A stretch of DNA of 1,075 bases from Naegleria gruberi. Lineage: Eukaryota. The stretch is from assembly GCA_000004985.1 (NCBI GenBank), contig GG739577.1; one strand, given 5' to 3'. Made by a program: the position numbers and the translations under genes. The notes below the pieces were generated by a model that searched no databases, was not told the DNA's origin, and saw only the letters and a program-made list of their open reading frames with translations. This document shows positions 1 through 1,075 of this stretch, in pieces; position 1 is the stretch's first letter; every line of letters starts with the position of its first letter.

Positions 1-329
1 CATTGCTCCTAGCAGGGCTGCCGGCAGGTGCCAGCACCTCATGTTCGCCTGCGGTACCGACAGGCGCGCCGCTGGCCGCGGGTGCCAGCATTTCCTGCAC
101 GGTGAGCTTCACGCCCACCACGCAGGGCAGCCTGACAGCCACCGTGACGGCGGTCAGTGGAACCACGGACCCGGAGCCGGCCAACAATTCGCGTGACCAG
201 GAGTTGGTGGTTGCTGCCGCATTGACGCCGCAGCCGGTCCCCGCCACCGGGGTGCCTGCCCTGGTGCTGATGGGCCTTGCCGTCATGCTGGCCGGTATGG
301 GGATGCAGCGGCGCCGGGCACGGCGCTGA
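1..329 (+). CDS. 3' end of a larger ORF (5' end outside window): secreted/surface protein with a DUF11-type conserved repeat and a C-terminal IPTL-CTERM/PEP-CTERM-like sorting signal
   Basis: Frame 3..329 is open to the window edge with no upstream stop, and GC is high at third codon positions. Residues '...LPAGASTSCS...GASISCTVSFTPTTQGSLTATVTAVSGTTDPEPANNSRDQEL' (DPEPANNS at 168-191) resemble the DUF11 repeat with its terminal D-P-x-P-x-N-N motif. The last 30 aa (237-326), 'VPATGVPALVLMGLAVMLAGMGMQRRRARR', form a short motif, a hydrophobic TM helix and an Arg cluster. That is the layout of exosortase-type C-terminal sorting domains; the VPAL motif is closest to IPTL-CTERM, which commonly follows DUF11 repeats. 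Stop codon TGA at 327-329. Confidence 0.7.
   Translation, partial: LLLAGLPAGASTSCSPAVPTGAPLAAGASISCTVSFTPTTQGSLTATVTAVSGTTDPEPANNSRDQELVVAAALTPQPVPATGVPALVLMGLAVMLAGMGMQRRRARR
237..326 (+). other. C-terminal protein-sorting signal (motif, TM helix, RRRxRR) of the 5'-partial ORF
   Basis: Translation 'VPATGVPALVLMGLAVMLAGMGMQRRRARR*': a Pro-containing motif, about 18 hydrophobic residues, then the basic cluster QRRRARR immediately before the stop. Confidence 0.55.
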
Positions 330-382
330 ACATGGACGCGGCAGGCGCCCCGGCAGCGGGGCCGGCACCGCCCTGATGGAAT

Positions 383-410
383 GCCAGTCCGCGCGACTGG
401 CATTTTGCAT
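383..410 (+). terminator. Putative rho-independent terminator for the upstream DUF11/sorting-signal gene
   Basis: Inverted repeat gccagtc(383-389) / gactggc(395-401) with a 5-nt loop cgcgc, extendable by a C390-G394 pair. It is followed directly by aTTTTgcaTTT (402-412) on the plus strand, 54 nt after the stop at 329. On the minus strand no U-tract follows the hairpin, so it is oriented for plus-strand transcription. Confidence 0.5.
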
Positions 411-503
411 TTCGGGCCATCAGGTACCGACTGATGCATGCGGTCTGCGGCTCTCCGGCCTGGGCCTTTGGGGGCAAGGCAGCCGCAGTATCGGGCGGAT
501 GCC

Positions 504-509
504 TATAAT
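504..509 (+). promoter_or_regulatory. Candidate sigma70 -10 hexamer (TATAAT) for the fmdB-DUF502 transcript; no convincing -35
   Basis: Perfect TATAAT at 504-509, 39 nt upstream of the fmdB ATG, inside an AT-richer patch of an otherwise GC-rich spacer. Sequence 16-18 bp upstream (agccgc/gccgca) is a poor -35. TG at 500-501 is one base off an extended -10. A second TATAAG lies at 533-538. Confidence 0.4.
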
Positions 510-548
510 CGAAAGTTTTGCATCTTCTCTCGTATAAGCATTAGCGCC

Positions 549-866
549 ATGCCTATTTATGCATACAAGTGTGGCTCCTGCGGTCATGCCAAGGACGTGC
601 TGCGGAAAATCTCGGATGCTCCGCTGACGACCTGCCCGGCCTGTGGTGCCGAGGCCTTTTCCAAGCAGCTGACGGCTGCCGGCTTCCAGCTCAAGGGCTC
701 GGGCTGGTACGCGACCGACTTCAAGAACAGCGGCAGCAAGAGCGCCGCCACGCCGGCTCCAGCGGCCGACACCCAGGCCTCGGATACATCTGCCGCACCT
801 GCGGCAACTGCGCCTGCGCCTGCTGCGGCCCCCGCATCTGCTCCCGCACCCTCCACGGGCCATTAA
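549..866 (+). CDS. FmdB-family putative regulatory zinc-ribbon protein (CxxC...CxxC), 105 aa, with a low-complexity Ala/Pro-rich C-terminal tail
   Basis: ATG 549-551 to TAA 864-866. Translation 'MPIYAYKCGSCGHAKDVLRKISDAPLTTCPACGAEAFSKQLTAAGFQLKGSGWYATDFKNSG...' shows the canonical FmdB N-terminus (MPIY-Y-C-x2-CGH) and two CxxC pairs (CGSC, CPAC). The GSGWY motif is typical of betaproteobacterial members. The 438-start extension in the ORF track is rejected (see noticed_but_rejected). No strong Shine-Dalgarno upstream (uauaagcauuagcgccAUG). Confidence 0.9.
   Translation: MPIYAYKCGSCGHAKDVLRKISDAPLTTCPACGAEAFSKQLTAAGFQLKGSGWYATDFKNSGSKSAATPAPAADTQASDTSAAPAATAPAPAAAPASAPAPSTGH
736..863 (+). repeat. 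Low-complexity GCN/CCN codon tract encoding the Ala/Pro/Ser/Thr tail of the FmdB protein
   Basis: Encodes 'SAATPAPAADTQASDTSAAPAATAPAPAAAPASAPAPSTGH'. The DNA contains short tandem units (gcgcctgcgcctgc, gcatctgct) and more A/T-ending codons (gct, gca, cct, tct) than the rest of the window. Confidence 0.5.
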
Positions 867-884
867 TCAAGGCTTGCATTTCTC

Positions 885-1073
885 ATGTCCGCTCTGCGCA
901 AATGGCTGTTCGCCGGCCTGCTGGTGATTGTTCCTCTGGTGATCACGCTGGGCGTGCTCAACTGGATCATCGGCACGCTGGACCAGACGCTGGCCATCCT
1001 GCCCGAGGCCTGGCATCCGGACCGGCTGCTGGGTTTCACATTCCCGGCTTCGGCGTGGTGCTCACGCTGCTGA
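885..1073 (+). CDS. DUF502-family inner-membrane protein, 5' portion; zero-frame ORF stops at TGA 1071-1073 after 62 codons because of an apparent -1 frame change at 1031-1037 (pseudogene, sequencing indel or programmed frameshift)
   Basis: ATG 885, 18 nt after the fmdB stop. 'MSALRKWLFAGLLVIVPLVITLGVLNWIIGTLDQTLAILPEAWHPDRLLG' matches the conserved N-terminus and TM1 of DUF502 proteins (M-x2-LRK-x-F-x-GLLVL-PL-ITL-VL-W-x5-D). That family is normally about 200 aa or more. The expected continuation 'FHIPGFGVVLTLLI' (the family's G-F/H-IPG-x-G...LTLL motif) is open in the -1 frame from 1034 to the window end. Confidence 0.8.
   Translation: MSALRKWLFAGLLVIVPLVITLGVLNWIIGTLDQTLAILPEAWHPDRLLGFTFPASAWCSRC
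1031..1037 (+). other. G_GGT_TTC slippery heptamer (X_XXY_YYZ in the zero frame), the point where the DUF502 reading frame switches
   Basis: Zero-frame codons CTG(1029-1031) GGT(1032-1034) TTC(1035-1037). Reading GGG TTT and then CAC ATT CCC GGC TTC GGC GTG GTG CTC ACG CTG CTG ATC gives the conserved membrane-protein continuation. Confidence 0.5.
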
Positions 1074-1075
1074 TC

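Noticed and set aside
347-362. Short GC hairpin gcccc-ggcagc-ggggc just after the gene-1 stop
   Set aside because: It has only a 5-bp stem and no following T-tract. The stronger stem-loop plus T-run at 383-410 is the better terminator candidate.
39-410. Minus-strand ORF of 123 aa
   Set aside because: It lies antisense to the well-supported plus-strand ORF ending at 329. Its Arg/Gly/Cys-rich composition (RRRACRYRRRT...) is typical of spurious ORFs on the non-coding strand of high-GC genes. It also runs through the plus-strand terminator hairpin.
398-412. Possible sigma54 promoter (TGGCAT-N-TTGCAT resembling TGGCAC-N5-TTGCA)
   Set aside because: The GG and GC dinucleotides are 8 nt apart instead of the required 12. 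The segment is better explained as the U-tract of the terminator hairpin at 383-401.
417-440. Inverted repeat catcag-gtaccga-ctgatg followed by the ATGCAT palindrome
   Set aside because: The 6-bp stem is short and has no supporting context such as flanking promoter elements or conservation. It could be a minor operator-like element but cannot be supported from the sequence alone.
277-537. Plus-strand 86-aa ORF overlapping the end of gene 1 and the intergenic spacer, and the minus-strand 283-477 ORF
   Set aside because: It is out of frame with the real gene, and spans the terminator and promoter elements. Its Gly/Arg-rich composition has no recognisable domain. It is most likely a GC-driven open frame.
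438-548. N-terminal extension of the fmdB ORF starting at ATG 438 (MRSAALRPG...)
   Set aside because: The extension would be translated across the TATAAT promoter element and the AT-rich leader. FmdB-family proteins canonically begin with MPIY-Y-C, which ATG 549 provides. The upstream in-frame openness is coincidental.
420-863. Minus-strand ORF of 147 aa, plus the nested 584-856 minus ORF of 90 aa
   Set aside because: It lies antisense to fmdB, which has a clear family signature. Its translation is Arg/Gly-rich low complexity (GGRSRRRRSCRRCGRC), as expected from reverse-complementing GCN/CCN-rich coding DNA.
1047-1054. gc-UUCG-gc mini-hairpin downstream of the slippery heptamer, as a candidate frameshift stimulator
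   Set aside because: It has only 2 base pairs, although it sits on a stable UUCG tetraloop. That is far too weak to count as a stimulatory structure, and a larger stem or pseudoknot would extend beyond the window end.

Overview
GC-rich window (roughly two-thirds G+C by eye, with GC-rich third codon positions; Betaproteobacteria-like). Three plus-strand genes are supported. (1) 3-329: the 3' end of a larger gene that continues upstream of the window. Its product carries a DUF11-type repeat and ends in a C-terminal TM-helix plus Arg-cluster sorting signal (IPTL-CTERM/PEP-CTERM-like). (2) 549-866: a complete FmdB-family CxxC...CxxC zinc-ribbon protein with a low-complexity Ala/Pro tail. (3) 885-end: the 5' part of a DUF502-family inner-membrane protein. 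This neighbourhood looks like ordinary core chromosome, not an accessory island. A stem-loop plus T-tract terminator at 383-410 and a perfect TATAAT at 504-509 lie in the 219-bp spacer between genes 1 and 2. Genes 2 and 3 are 18 bp apart and probably co-transcribed. The most notable observation is in the DUF502 gene. The annotated frame stops after 62 codons at TGA 1071-1073. The conserved continuation (...GFHIPGFGVVLTLLI) is open in the -1 frame from position 1034 onward. The frame switch sits on G_GGT_TTC (1031-1037), a perfect X_XXY_YYZ slippery heptamer in the zero frame. This indicates a 1-nt homopolymer indel (sequencing error or pseudogene) or, less likely, a programmed -1 frameshift site. 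All minus-strand ORFs in the track look like antisense artefacts of high-GC coding DNA. No RNA genes, CRISPR arrays or mobile elements were detected.
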